Shown: in pieces, positions 30,828-40,456 of the stretch
Layout: each line of letters begins with the position of its first letter
Position numbering within the stretch: the stretch's first letter is position 1
NCBI GenBank assembly: GCA_959020415.1
Contig: CAUERX010000004.1
Span: 62 to 64,061, forward strand
Origin: an uncultured bacterium
GTDB lineage: Bacteria; Bacillota_I; Bacilli_A; RF39; UBA660
DNA: 64,000 bases
Direction of reading: 5' to 3'
Translations under genes and position numbers: made by a program
Notes under the pieces: model-generated
Database searches by the model: none
The model's input: only the letters and a program-made list of their open reading frames with translations
Told to the model about the DNA's origin: nothing

Positions 30828-32495
30828 CTATCTCTTAGAATAAAATACAAAATTCCCATATAACGGAATCATATCATCAGATTTTTCAGAAACGATTTTA
30901 TAATCAATATCCTTATCTCTCAAATTAGCCAGCAAGCCAGTAGAACGCTCATACGCTATATATACATCTATTTTCTCGCCTCGAACCTTATTTAACTCCA
31001 TTCTAGAATAACCGCTTGATTTTAAATCATTATAACAAAAGCTAGAAAAACAAAGAACGGCATTCCTAAATACAATAAACGAAAAACATAATAAAACAAG
31101 TTTATAAAATATTTTATCCTTTGAAGCAAGTAAAATCATAGCAATTATAATAAATAAATATAATTGCGGCGCATATCTAGCCCACCAACTATCTGACAAG
31201 AAAAACATTAATAATACAGTAATAATTATTGGAATAACATAAAACCACGCATTTTTATTTTTTGTATAAATATCGTATCCAATCATATATATTATGACAA
31301 TTAATGAAATTATAAATATACCACTAAATAAAACTCCATATCCACCTATTCTCGTATCATAGCCAATGTTTTTTACTTCATTATAACTATATTCGAAAGG
31401 AGTTTTAAGCTTAGGCTCTCCTCCATTATATGCTCCAATATTTTCGCTCCAAGAAAATATTGAATAAAAATTTTTTTCAATAGGACTTTTATCCGCAAAA
31501 GATTTTGGCTGTAAATAAGTAATAATATCTACCTTATCTTTACCCATTAGTGGGTAAAGTGGATTACCATTAGTAACTGTATTTTTAATATAAGAATTGC
31601 TGCCTACCAGCCCAATAGATACTATTGCTACAATAACAAAAAATATTGTATTCTTTTTTAAATTGTCATATTCTTTATTTTTAATTTTAAAAATAATATA
31701 ATAAATAAAATATCCTAAGCAAAACAAGCCACTATAAGCAAGTCCTGTAAATTTCACATTAACTATCAAAATTATTAAAGAAGTTAAAATGCTTTTAATC
31801 TTCCAATCATCATCTTTTCTTATAAACAAATACATAAACAAAATAATTAAATATAAAAGCAAACCTAAGAAGCCGTCAACATAATAAGAAAAGACCTGTG
31901 ACATTGTAATTGGATTAATAGATACCAATAATCCAACAATAATATTCAAAATTTTCTTATTAAGCAAAAGGTGAAGAATGTATGAAAAAATTGTAAAAGC
32001 AATATAAATTAATAATAAATTATAAAATTTACCAGTCTCAATATCGCCAGTAATTTTATATATATCGCTTGCAAGAATCCAGGTTGTTTTTGGATAATGT
32101 TCAGCCCACAATTGATGTTTATCAGTTAAATCATGAGCTTCGGCAAAGTCTTTGTAATCATCATATATTGGGTTCCAACCAGTAGTCAAAGCCGCTACAG
32201 TTTCTTTATGATACGAATTCCCATCATCAGATTGATCATATACATGACCAGAAGCTAAAATCGAAACAATTAAAACAACTATTGATATAAAAAACGTCAA
32301 AATAAGACTTTTTATATTTTTTTCAAAAATAAAATAAAAAATTACACCACTAATAATACAACTAAGTGGTAGATGAAAACAAGAAACAGGTATATTAAAT
32401 AACCACAAAAGCGACGTTAATAAAACCAAAACTCCTAAAGTAATTATAAGATAAACACCACTATTGTACAAAGTTTTCATTACATTTTTATACAT
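30828..32495 (-). CDS. GT-C-like polytopic membrane protein, paralogue A
   Basis: About 12 TM. Acidic first outer loop HVYDQSDDGNSYHK. Shares blocks with ORF 50120..51826 (WAEHYPKTTW, NPLYPLMGKDKVDIITYLQPKSF, SPIEKNFYSIFS, DTRIGGYG, SWWARYAPQ). Confidence 0.55.
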   Translation of the reverse strand: MYKNVMKTLYNSGVYLIITLGVLVLLTSLLWLFNIPVSCFHLPLSCIISGVIFYFIFEKNIKSLILTFFISIVVLIVSILASGHVYDQSDDGNSYHKETVAALTTGWNPIYDDYKDFAEAHDLTDKHQLWAEHYPKTTWILASDIYKITGDIETGKFYNLLLIYIAFTIFSYILHLLLNKKILNIIVGLLVSINPITMSQVFSYYVDGFLGLLLYLIILFMYLFIRKDDDWKIKSILTSLIILIVNVKFTGLAYSGLFCLGYFIYYIIFKIKNKEYDNLKKNTIFFVIVAIVSIGLVGSNSYIKNTVTNGNPLYPLMGKDKVDIITYLQPKSFADKSPIEKNFYSIFSWSENIGAYNGGEPKLKTPFEYSYNEVKNIGYDTRIGGYGVLFSGIFIISLIVIIYMIGYDIYTKNKNAWFYVIPIIITVLLMFFLSDSWWARYAPQLYLFIIIAMILLASKDKIFYKLVLLCFSFIVFRNAVLCFSSFCYNDLKSSGYSRMELNKVRGEKIDVYIAYERSTGLLANLRDKDIDYKIVSEKSDDMIPLYGNFVFYSKR

Positions 32496-32513
32496 AAACT
32501 ATTGTCCCCTATT

Positions 32514-33362
32514 CTATAGAAAATAAATAAGTGTCATTAATATTATAGCATATCCTAATATTAATGCCAATAAAGTTTTATCATTATAAACAACCTCAAT
32601 AGGGTCGCCATCTCCACCTATTTCAACATCCATACTGTACTTCATTAAAATAATAATAATCAACGGCACAGTCCAGACAAGTAAAGGTAAAATTGTATAA
32701 GACATAGTCCAAAGCGAATAAAAAACTATTCCGATTGCTAAACACATATACATATTTTTATCTAAAAAATCTTTTGAATAATATTTTAAAACTTCCCTGG
32801 TTTCATTATTAGTCATATTAATTTCATTACGTCTCTTCCCTAAAGAAAAGTAAAAAGCAAAAGACACAACAGTTAAATAAAGCCAATTAGAAACTTCAAC
32901 ATCAATTACTGAGCCACCAAATAATACTCTTATCAAAAATCCAGCTGTTAAAATAGAAATATCAATAATCGGAATATTCTTAAGGCCTAAACTATATAAA
33001 ACATTAATAATTATATATATCAAAATATATATTAAATTATAAATTTCACATCCAGAAAAATAGAAGAATAAAATAGACAAAATTCCTAAAACAACGATTA
33101 CAAAATAAGCATTCCTAATCGAAATCCGCCCAGCGGCAAGTGGCCTATTTTTCTTTGTCGGATGTTTTTGATCTTTTTCTACATCTCTTATATCATTTAT
33201 TACATAAATGATACTAGCCGCAAAGCAAAAAGAACAAAACGCGAAAAATGCTTTAAAAAATAATTCATTATCAAAAAAATTACAACTAAAAACTAATGGT
33301 AAAAATATAAGCAAATTCTTCAAATAATGTTTTACCCTAATTAACTTAAAATACTCTCTCAT
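32514..33362 (-). CDS. UbiA-family prenyl-phosphate phosphoribosyltransferase-like enzyme (DPPR synthase type)
   Basis: 8-9 TM. First Asp-rich motif NDIRDVEKD (NDxxDxxxD) followed by KKNRPLAAG. About 280 aa. AGGAG RBS before the ATG at 33362. Confidence 0.6.
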   Translation of the reverse strand: MREYFKLIRVKHYLKNLLIFLPLVFSCNFFDNELFFKAFFAFCSFCFAASIIYVINDIRDVEKDQKHPTKKNRPLAAGRISIRNAYFVIVVLGILSILFFYFSGCEIYNLIYILIYIIINVLYSLGLKNIPIIDISILTAGFLIRVLFGGSVIDVEVSNWLYLTVVSFAFYFSLGKRRNEINMTNNETREVLKYYSKDFLDKNMYMCLAIGIVFYSLWTMSYTILPLLVWTVPLIIIILMKYSMDVEIGGDGDPIEVVYNDKTLLALILGYAIILMTLIYFL

Positions 33363-33377
33363 ACACACACTCCTATT

Positions 33378-34892
33378 TTATTTCAAAATATACTTAAAAA
33401 TAATATTTTCCTCATCATACTTTGTAGAAAAATTTGATGCAAAAAGTCTCGCCCCATTACCTTCTAATTCACCATAAGTTTTCCAAGCATCACTTCGATT
33501 TTTATTGATATCATAATTACCATTGTTAAAAGTATACTGTATAGACCTATTAATTTCGTGAATCCCTGTTACCGATGACAAAAGAAGATAAACAACAATA
33601 AGATAACAAGACATTTTTTTAATATCAAAATTATTTAGTCTTTCAATTACAAATATTGCTAAAACCATCAACGCTGGCAACGATACTCGATTTACAAAAT
33701 CACTACCACCGCCAATATAAAAAAATGGAATAATAGATAATATTAGTAATAAACCAATTATATGTTTATAATTTTTCTTATTGATAATTAAAAAAGCAAT
33801 AATTCCAAATTCTAATAGCCAGAATAAAATATATTTTCTTAAAATATCGCCAAATACACCATATTTTGAAAATATAAGTCCTTTAGGCTGACCACTTGGA
33901 TTTATTAAAAAGAATAAAGCCACAAATAAAACTACAATCAACACCAGTAAATTCTGTTTTGAAAATAATTCCTTGAAATTGTCAAACACCTTAGTCTTTA
34001 AATTTTCACCATTAAAATTATAAAATCCAAAAACAAGAAAAACTAATAATATTAAAAATAGTCCAACCGCTGGAAAAGGCGCAAACAATAAAATAAACAA
34101 CATATATATTCCAACATTAGCAAAACCTTTTTCATTTAAAAGCATGGAGACAATAATCCAAGTAGATACTCCTTGATTAAAAACCCAAAACAATTGAGTT
34201 ATAGTAGAAGAGGTACAAAAATATTTAGACCATGTATCAATATGTGTAATAAAATCAAGTTTAGTTGAATCAGTTAAAAATTGTCCGATTACATCTAAAC
34301 CACTAAAAGCCATGAAAATAAATAAGTAGTTAATTCTAATTTTAGAAAATAAACGGCATAAAAAGTAATAAAATATAATAAGGCCAACTAATTGATATAT
34401 AAACAAAAATAAATTAGCAGCATCAAATCCAAAAACTTTACCAACCATAGCTGAAGGTAACCAATATGAAAAATAATAACTTAGATATCCTTCGTCACCG
34501 ATAGTCTCTATCCCAGTTTTATCATCATAATCATATTTAACTGGAAAATCATAATCTATTAAATCATGTAACACTGCATTTCTAGCATTATGATCCCAAT
34601 TTTGGAAAAAATAGCCACCTATACCAGATAAAAGATTAAAACCAATAAGTAACAAAGCAACAATAATCCATTTTTTAAAATTAAAAATTTCTTTATACTG
34701 TTCCTCTGTTTTATAATTAATCTTTTTTAAGAAAATAATTAAAATAATAATTAACAATATACAAAGAGGAATTGATATATATAGTTTATACCAGCCAAGT
34801 AAAAATATAAAAAGAGGTATAGCAAAAAAGGAAAAACCTAAAATATACATTAACCTATCTATTTTCTTATATTTTTCTAAATTCACATCCAT
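33378..34892 (-). CDS. Polytopic membrane protein (putative GT-C glycosyltransferase or polymerase)
   Basis: 504 aa, 12 or more TM. Outer loop NWDHNARNAVLHDLIDYDFPVKYDYDDK. Start overlaps the upstream GT2 stop (TAATG). Confidence 0.45.
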   Translation of the reverse strand: MDVNLEKYKKIDRLMYILGFSFFAIPLFIFLLGWYKLYISIPLCILLIIILIIFLKKINYKTEEQYKEIFNFKKWIIVALLLIGFNLLSGIGGYFFQNWDHNARNAVLHDLIDYDFPVKYDYDDKTGIETIGDEGYLSYYFSYWLPSAMVGKVFGFDAANLFLFIYQLVGLIIFYYFLCRLFSKIRINYLFIFMAFSGLDVIGQFLTDSTKLDFITHIDTWSKYFCTSSTITQLFWVFNQGVSTWIIVSMLLNEKGFANVGIYMLFILLFAPFPAVGLFLILLVFLVFGFYNFNGENLKTKVFDNFKELFSKQNLLVLIVVLFVALFFLINPSGQPKGLIFSKYGVFGDILRKYILFWLLEFGIIAFLIINKKNYKHIIGLLLILSIIPFFYIGGGSDFVNRVSLPALMVLAIFVIERLNNFDIKKMSCYLIVVYLLLSSVTGIHEINRSIQYTFNNGNYDINKNRSDAWKTYGELEGNGARLFASNFSTKYDEENIIFKYILK

Positions 34893-35851
34893 TACCTCTC
34901 TTTATGAAAAAACAAATATAAAACTTTACCCCAAAATTTATTAAATAATAATAAATATAAACCTTTAACATTTCTATAGAAATATCTATTTCTTCTATAT
35001 TTGGGAAAATTAGTATGAACTCTTTGAATAACTAAATTTAAAGCATTTAAATATTCGCTTCTATCAAAATTTATAGCTCGTATTATAAAAGTTGCATACA
35101 AATATCTAACATAACAAAATTCGATTTCTTCCTTATACTGTTCGAAATAATCGTTATCTTTATAGTATTTAATTAAACCATCGAAATTAGAAATATAATC
35201 ATATATTCGTTTATCATAGTTTCTAGATTCAGAATTATCCCTTTGATAATAATAATATTCCTGTTTATCTATATAGCCAATAGTCTCGATTTTTGGTAAA
35301 ACACGATATAAAAACTCTACATCTTCAGCGAAAATTTTCTCTTTAAAAAATATATTGGCAATTTTTTCACGCTTATAAATTTTGTTCCATAAAACAGGGA
35401 ACATTCTAACCATATACCTTTTTTTAGCCAAATCTGAAATAATATCCTCATTTAAATCAATTTTACCATTCCAATTTTTGCTTTCATTAGTATACCAAAA
35501 ATTGCATTCTACAATGTCAAAATTACCAGAACATGCTTTATTATATAAATCGGCATACATACTTTCTAAAATAACATCATCACTGTCAACAAATCCAATA
35601 TAATCACCAACTGCTGCACAAAGGCCTTTATTTCTTGCTGCTGCAGGTCCTCCATTTTCCTGTTTTATCAATTTAATAACCTCAGGATTATTATTCGCAT
35701 ACCCTTTTAATATTGAATATGTATTATCAGTAGACCCATCATCAACTAAAATTATTTCCAGTTCTTTAAGACTCTGATTCAATAACGAAGTAAGAGTCTT
35801 TTCAATATACTTTTCTGCATTATATACAGGTACAACCACACTAACTTTCAT
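34892..35851 (-). CDS. GT2 glycosyltransferase
   Basis: VSVVVPVYNAEKYI, VDDGSTDNT, VDSDD. Start taken at MKVSV (35851). Confidence 0.8.
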   Translation of the reverse strand: MKVSVVVPVYNAEKYIEKTLTSLLNQSLKELEIILVDDGSTDNTYSILKGYANNNPEVIKLIKQENGGPAAARNKGLCAAVGDYIGFVDSDDVILESMYADLYNKACSGNFDIVECNFWYTNESKNWNGKIDLNEDIISDLAKKRYMVRMFPVLWNKIYKREKIANIFFKEKIFAEDVEFLYRVLPKIETIGYIDKQEYYYYQRDNSESRNYDKRIYDYISNFDGLIKYYKDNDYFEQYKEEIEFCYVRYLYATFIIRAINFDRSEYLNALNLVIQRVHTNFPKYRRNRYFYRNVKGLYLLLFNKFWGKVLYLFFHKER

Positions 35852-37307
35852 TTTCGTCTTCCCCATTCTTAGCAAAGCTAAGAACAAAACCTGCAATACA
35901 TCCTAAATATAAAGTAATTATTAACTCATCAATAATGTGCCCACTAAAATAAGAAACACCAAGTGGCAATAAAAGCATCGCCAAAGTAGTCACTGTAAAC
36001 AAATTAAATTTTCTAGTCTTAATAGATTTATAGAATCCATAAATTGCAATCAATATATATGGAAGTAAAAATAAAATTATGCCTACTGCTCCAATAGTAT
36101 AAAAATGCACAACAAAATCTTTCTCTAAATACAATTTAGCATTAATAAAGCGACTATATCCTAAACCAAAAAGCGAACGTGATGCGTTTTCATAAGTATC
36201 CGCTACATCATCAGTAACCAATTGTTGGGAGTTCCTATTTCCAACTCTATCAGTAGGTGACACATCATCTAAAACATATTGCCAAAATTCCTTATGATCT
36301 TCATATGGGTAAATTTCATTAAAATATATTTCATTCATACCAATATACTCAAGCATTTTTTTAGTAGGAACATTATTATCCTTCATAGTTTTTAACTCTT
36401 GAGGTGTTTTTTCATTATGAACACCATTAGAATTTACAATTGGAGCATGCGACATAATAAGCAAGCCAAAAATCATAATTAAAATAACTACTCCGAATTT
36501 CTTAAAATCAAATTTTATATTTTTAATAATAAAAACAAAAAATAAATATAAAATTAACATCATAACAAATATTAAAGCCCATCCATAAGAAGCCACTCTA
36601 GTTCCTAGAATAATCATAGCAACAGCCATTAAAACAGTTATTATAATTCTAGATTTAGTAATTTTATCAAAAATAGAATATATACAAATCGGTAACAATA
36701 TAAAGGTCAGACCACTAATTTGATTTGCCGAATTAAACCAACCTTTCCCTGCTAAATCCTGGGGTGGATATTTATTGTTCAAAAACCAATCAAAAATATT
36801 TCCTTTAATAACTCCACCACCATAAGAAGCTAGTGAAAATACAATAACGTTAGAACCTACAATAATTATAGACACTATTGCACTAACAATTAAAAATAAT
36901 TTTAGAAATTCTTGTTTTTTCAATTTTAAGCTATATGTTATATAAATAATAGCTAAAGGTAATAGCATCCTAATAATATAAAATAATTCTGTTACAACAC
37001 TATAGCTAAATGTCTTATATCCTGTATTATCAATTCCGGAACTAACAAAATGATGAAATACTACATACAAGACAATAATAAGTCCATAAATAATAACATT
37101 TTTCCGATTTTCTCGCTGATTTTTATTAAAAAACAATAATAAAAACAAAAAGGCAATTATTATCATTCTAATAATCGTTGTTGGCGAAAAATGAAAAAAG
37201 TTAATAACTTCATCCGTATATAAAAGGAAACAATCTAAAAACGGTTGAATTATTAAAAATATTAATAAAATTTTCTTTAAAATTTTCTCATCGGTTAATC
37301 TATTCAC
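35841..37307 (-). CDS. O-antigen polymerase/ligase (Wzy_C) family membrane protein
   Basis: 488 aa, about 11 TM, with a large outer loop (res ~285-385) and a SLFGLGYSRF motif. Confidence 0.55.
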   Translation of the reverse strand: MNRLTDEKILKKILLIFLIIQPFLDCFLLYTDEVINFFHFSPTTIIRMIIIAFLFLLLFFNKNQRENRKNVIIYGLIIVLYVVFHHFVSSGIDNTGYKTFSYSVVTELFYIIRMLLPLAIIYITYSLKLKKQEFLKLFLIVSAIVSIIIVGSNVIVFSLASYGGGVIKGNIFDWFLNNKYPPQDLAGKGWFNSANQISGLTFILLPICIYSIFDKITKSRIIITVLMAVAMIILGTRVASYGWALIFVMMLILYLFFVFIIKNIKFDFKKFGVVILIMIFGLLIMSHAPIVNSNGVHNEKTPQELKTMKDNNVPTKKMLEYIGMNEIYFNEIYPYEDHKEFWQYVLDDVSPTDRVGNRNSQQLVTDDVADTYENASRSLFGLGYSRFINAKLYLEKDFVVHFYTIGAVGIILFLLPYILIAIYGFYKSIKTRKFNLFTVTTLAMLLLPLGVSYFSGHIIDELIITLYLGCIAGFVLSFAKNGEDENES

Positions 37308-37308
37308 A

Positions 37309-38469
37309 TTAGTTCTCCTTTAACACTTGTTTTATTTTTACAATTATATTTTCAATATCATATTCATAGTTATCTAAATTCTTTTTTAAATCAACTAGTT
37401 TCTCCGGATGTATAATTAAATTTTTAAGTCCATCAAATAAACCTTCTGCACTATTTTCAACAATGATTCCATTAACATCATTTTTAATTATGCTTTCAGT
37501 TGCAGCAGTTTTAGTTGCCAATGCTGGAACATGCAAAATCATTGATTCCAAAACTACAAGCCCAAACGCTTCGTATTTTGAAGGTAAAACAAGCAAATCC
37601 GAATTTTTAATTTCCTTATAAGGATTATCCATCTTACCCCAAAACTTAACACCTAACTCATATCTTTCATTTAATTCCAAAACATTATTCATATCAGGGC
37701 CATCTCCAATAACATTAATTACTAATTTATTAGAAAGCCCCTCTTTTTTTAATAAAGAAACTACTTCCAAAAACCTAGTATAAGCTTTAACCTGATGAAT
37801 TCGCCCAACTAATACAACATTAATCTTATCTTCAGAATACACTATCTGTGGTTTTTCCTTTGCTTTAGTAATAATTTTATTAGCGTTCACTATATTTGGG
37901 ATAACTGTTATATTATTGACTGTATAAAATTCAGTAAAAGCTTGTTTTACTCCCTCTGACACAGCAACAAAATTATCAAATTTTGGTATTACCTCTTTAA
38001 ATAATTTATTATATTTATTATTTGGATTATTTTCACCATATTCGTAATGAAGCCAATGAATTTTTTTATTGCTATCACCAAAAGCAGTAAATATAGCAGT
38101 AAAGCCATCCTTAAAAGCTAATTCGATATCATAATGTTTAGTTAATGTTTTTTTACGTTCTTTTTTTATTCTTTTTTTAATTAAACCTGTTTTCATTTCA
38201 AAAACTAATAAACACTTACGAAAAATTAAACTAATTTTTTTTGATTTGAAAGCTTCCTTAATAGTAATATCTACACCATCAAAATATTTAGACCCATATA
38301 TAATATTAACTTTATCCTCGAGCTGTTCCAATCTAGTTCCATTATTGTGAAGAACTAAAATATCAGTATTATAATCTGAGAAAATATTAAGTTCTATCAT
38401 ATCTTCAAGCAAAATCGATACCCCACCCATTTTTCTTTCATCAACAACTATTAACAAATTAGGTTTCAC
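37309..38469 (-). CDS. GT4 glycosyltransferase
   Basis: GT-B fold. C-terminal PSKYEAFGLVVLESM (E-x7-E) motif. Confidence 0.8.
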   Translation of the reverse strand: MKPNLLIVVDERKMGGVSILLEDMIELNIFSDYNTDILVLHNNGTRLEQLEDKVNIIYGSKYFDGVDITIKEAFKSKKISLIFRKCLLVFEMKTGLIKKRIKKERKKTLTKHYDIELAFKDGFTAIFTAFGDSNKKIHWLHYEYGENNPNNKYNKLFKEVIPKFDNFVAVSEGVKQAFTEFYTVNNITVIPNIVNANKIITKAKEKPQIVYSEDKINVVLVGRIHQVKAYTRFLEVVSLLKKEGLSNKLVINVIGDGPDMNNVLELNERYELGVKFWGKMDNPYKEIKNSDLLVLPSKYEAFGLVVLESMILHVPALATKTAATESIIKNDVNGIIVENSAEGLFDGLKNLIIHPEKLVDLKKNLDNYEYDIENIIVKIKQVLKEN

Positions 38470-38482
38470 TTAACATCACCGC

Positions 38483-39436
38483 CTAAACATTTAATATTTT
38501 TTTTAACAATTTATATTTGCCTTTATATAATAAATAACAAACAATTTTATATTTCAAAGATTGCTTTTTATAATATTTATTTTTTTGCCAACTAGGGAAA
38601 ATACCCATCATCGTTTTATTAATCTTAACAAGACTATCAGAAGCTTCCGAAAAAGGTAAAAATCTCAAAGAGGCATCGTGAAGTAAATGGGTAATATATA
38701 AATATTCAATCTCATTATGAAAATAATTAAACCTATCATTGGTCTCAAAGATTGAAATTAAGTGATTTAAAGAAGAAAAAATATCTTCCATCTTACCAGA
38801 ATATTTTAGTTGATTCATTAATGAGTTTGTTCTTTGATAATAAATATATAACGGTTTATCAACATAACCAATTTTTTTAGCAAAAAGTCCATATGCTGGA
38901 ACAACAGCAACATCTTCATAAAAATCATTTTCATAAAAATATAAATTATTATCAACAATTAATTTACGTTTAATGAATTTGCCCCAAGGTGCCGGAAAAG
39001 AAAGAATAGACTCTTCAACTAAATCACTCGACAAATTTGGTTTTGCAGAATAATATTTTTTTTCATTGCCTTGCTCATAATAATAATCACAAATGCACAA
39101 ATCAAGCTCCTCTTCTGTCACCTTATCATATAAAATTGTAAACATCTTTTTATCTATATAATCATCGCTATCAACAAAAGTAACATAATCACCACTAGCT
39201 TTTTGCAAAGCAGTATTTCGAGCTTTAGCCGCTCCACCATTAGTTTGATTAATAACAACAACTCTAGAATCTTTTGAAGCATATGAGTTTAATATTTCCA
39301 GAGTATTATCTGTTGAGCCATCGTTAACAACTAAAATTTCATAATCATTAAAAGTTTGGTTCAATATGCTATCTAAAGTTTTTTCGATAAGCGATTCTGC
39401 ATTATATGCAGGAACAATAACAGTAAGTTTTGGCAT
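38483..39436 (-). CDS. GT2 glycosyltransferase
   Basis: LTVIVPAYNAESLI, VNDGSTDNT, VDSDD. Confidence 0.8.
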   Translation of the reverse strand: MPKLTVIVPAYNAESLIEKTLDSILNQTFNDYEILVVNDGSTDNTLEILNSYASKDSRVVVINQTNGGAAKARNTALQKASGDYVTFVDSDDYIDKKMFTILYDKVTEEELDLCICDYYYEQGNEKKYYSAKPNLSSDLVEESILSFPAPWGKFIKRKLIVDNNLYFYENDFYEDVAVVPAYGLFAKKIGYVDKPLYIYYQRTNSLMNQLKYSGKMEDIFSSLNHLISIFETNDRFNYFHNEIEYLYITHLLHDASLRFLPFSEASDSLVKINKTMMGIFPSWQKNKYYKKQSLKYKIVCYLLYKGKYKLLKKILNV

Positions 39437-39447
39437 ATTTTAATTTC

Positions 39448-40452
39448 CTACCTTTCGAAAGAAGATTTTTGTGGTAAAATTTTTTCAAAATGCTCTGCTA
39501 ATTCTTTTTTTGCTTTTTCATAGTCGATACTTGTATCACTATCATTTATACAAATTTGTTCAACTTCTTGATTTTCAATGCATCTAAATAATTCTTCATT
39601 ATGATCAGACAAATTATAAAATCTACCAAATTTTTTATATGATTTTGGTTCGAAATTTCCAGAATAAATTTGCCACAATTGAAATGCGTACTGATTTACA
39701 TCCGTATCGCTTCTAAATTTAGATAAACAAGTTGTATCTAATGTTTCTTTTTCAACTTTCCATAATTCCTCAAATGTACTTTTTAAAAATGGCGCGGCCG
39801 TATGCGAATTATCAAAACCGGCCATATAAGGCCATTTATTTAAAAGCAAAAAACGTAAATTTCTCTTTCCATATTTCAAGTTAAAACATTTGTTTCTTTG
39901 CTTTTTAATCACATTACGTTTATTAAAATGTCTGCAAATAAGCATTTTATCATTAAGCAATATACGTTCAAAATTAGGATCAGTATTTTCATCGCAATAC
40001 GGAATATTATCACGCCAAATATCGCAAGGAAGTCCGTTTTTGAAGAAATATTCAGGATCAATTTTGTCTATTAAAAACATATCATCATTGAAATAAACAA
40101 ACTTGTCACTTAAATTTTTAATTCTAAATAAATTAAGTTCAATTGGATGAGAACTAAATACAGGCAAATATTTAGAAGGTATAAAATCTTCATGTTTTAC
40201 AATATTTAATTTAGGATTTGAAATATCAAGCCATTCAGGTACATGACCCCATGTAACAAAATGAATTTGATTTACCCATGGAGAAAATTTTTCAACTGCC
40301 CTGAACCAATATTTTAAAACACCCATATCACGATATCTGTTAATTGCATTAGTAACATCCTCCTTCTTAGGAGAATACTTATTTTTTTCTTCTAACCAAG
40401 CAGGGTCACTACCATCAACCCATGCTATTACAAAATCAATTTTATCATGCAT
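39448..40452 (-). CDS. Stealth-family hexose-1-phosphate transferase
   Basis: CR1-like IDFVIAWVDGSDPAW, CR2-like RYRDMGVLKYWFRAVEKFSPWVNQIHFVT, CR3-like FVYFNDDMFL. AAGGAAG RBS before the ATG at 40452. Confidence 0.7.
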   Translation of the reverse strand: MHDKIDFVIAWVDGSDPAWLEEKNKYSPKKEDVTNAINRYRDMGVLKYWFRAVEKFSPWVNQIHFVTWGHVPEWLDISNPKLNIVKHEDFIPSKYLPVFSSHPIELNLFRIKNLSDKFVYFNDDMFLIDKIDPEYFFKNGLPCDIWRDNIPYCDENTDPNFERILLNDKMLICRHFNKRNVIKKQRNKCFNLKYGKRNLRFLLLNKWPYMAGFDNSHTAAPFLKSTFEELWKVEKETLDTTCLSKFRSDTDVNQYAFQLWQIYSGNFEPKSYKKFGRFYNLSDHNEELFRCIENQEVEQICINDSDTSIDYEKAKKELAEHFEKILPQKSSFER

Positions 40453-40456
40453 AATA

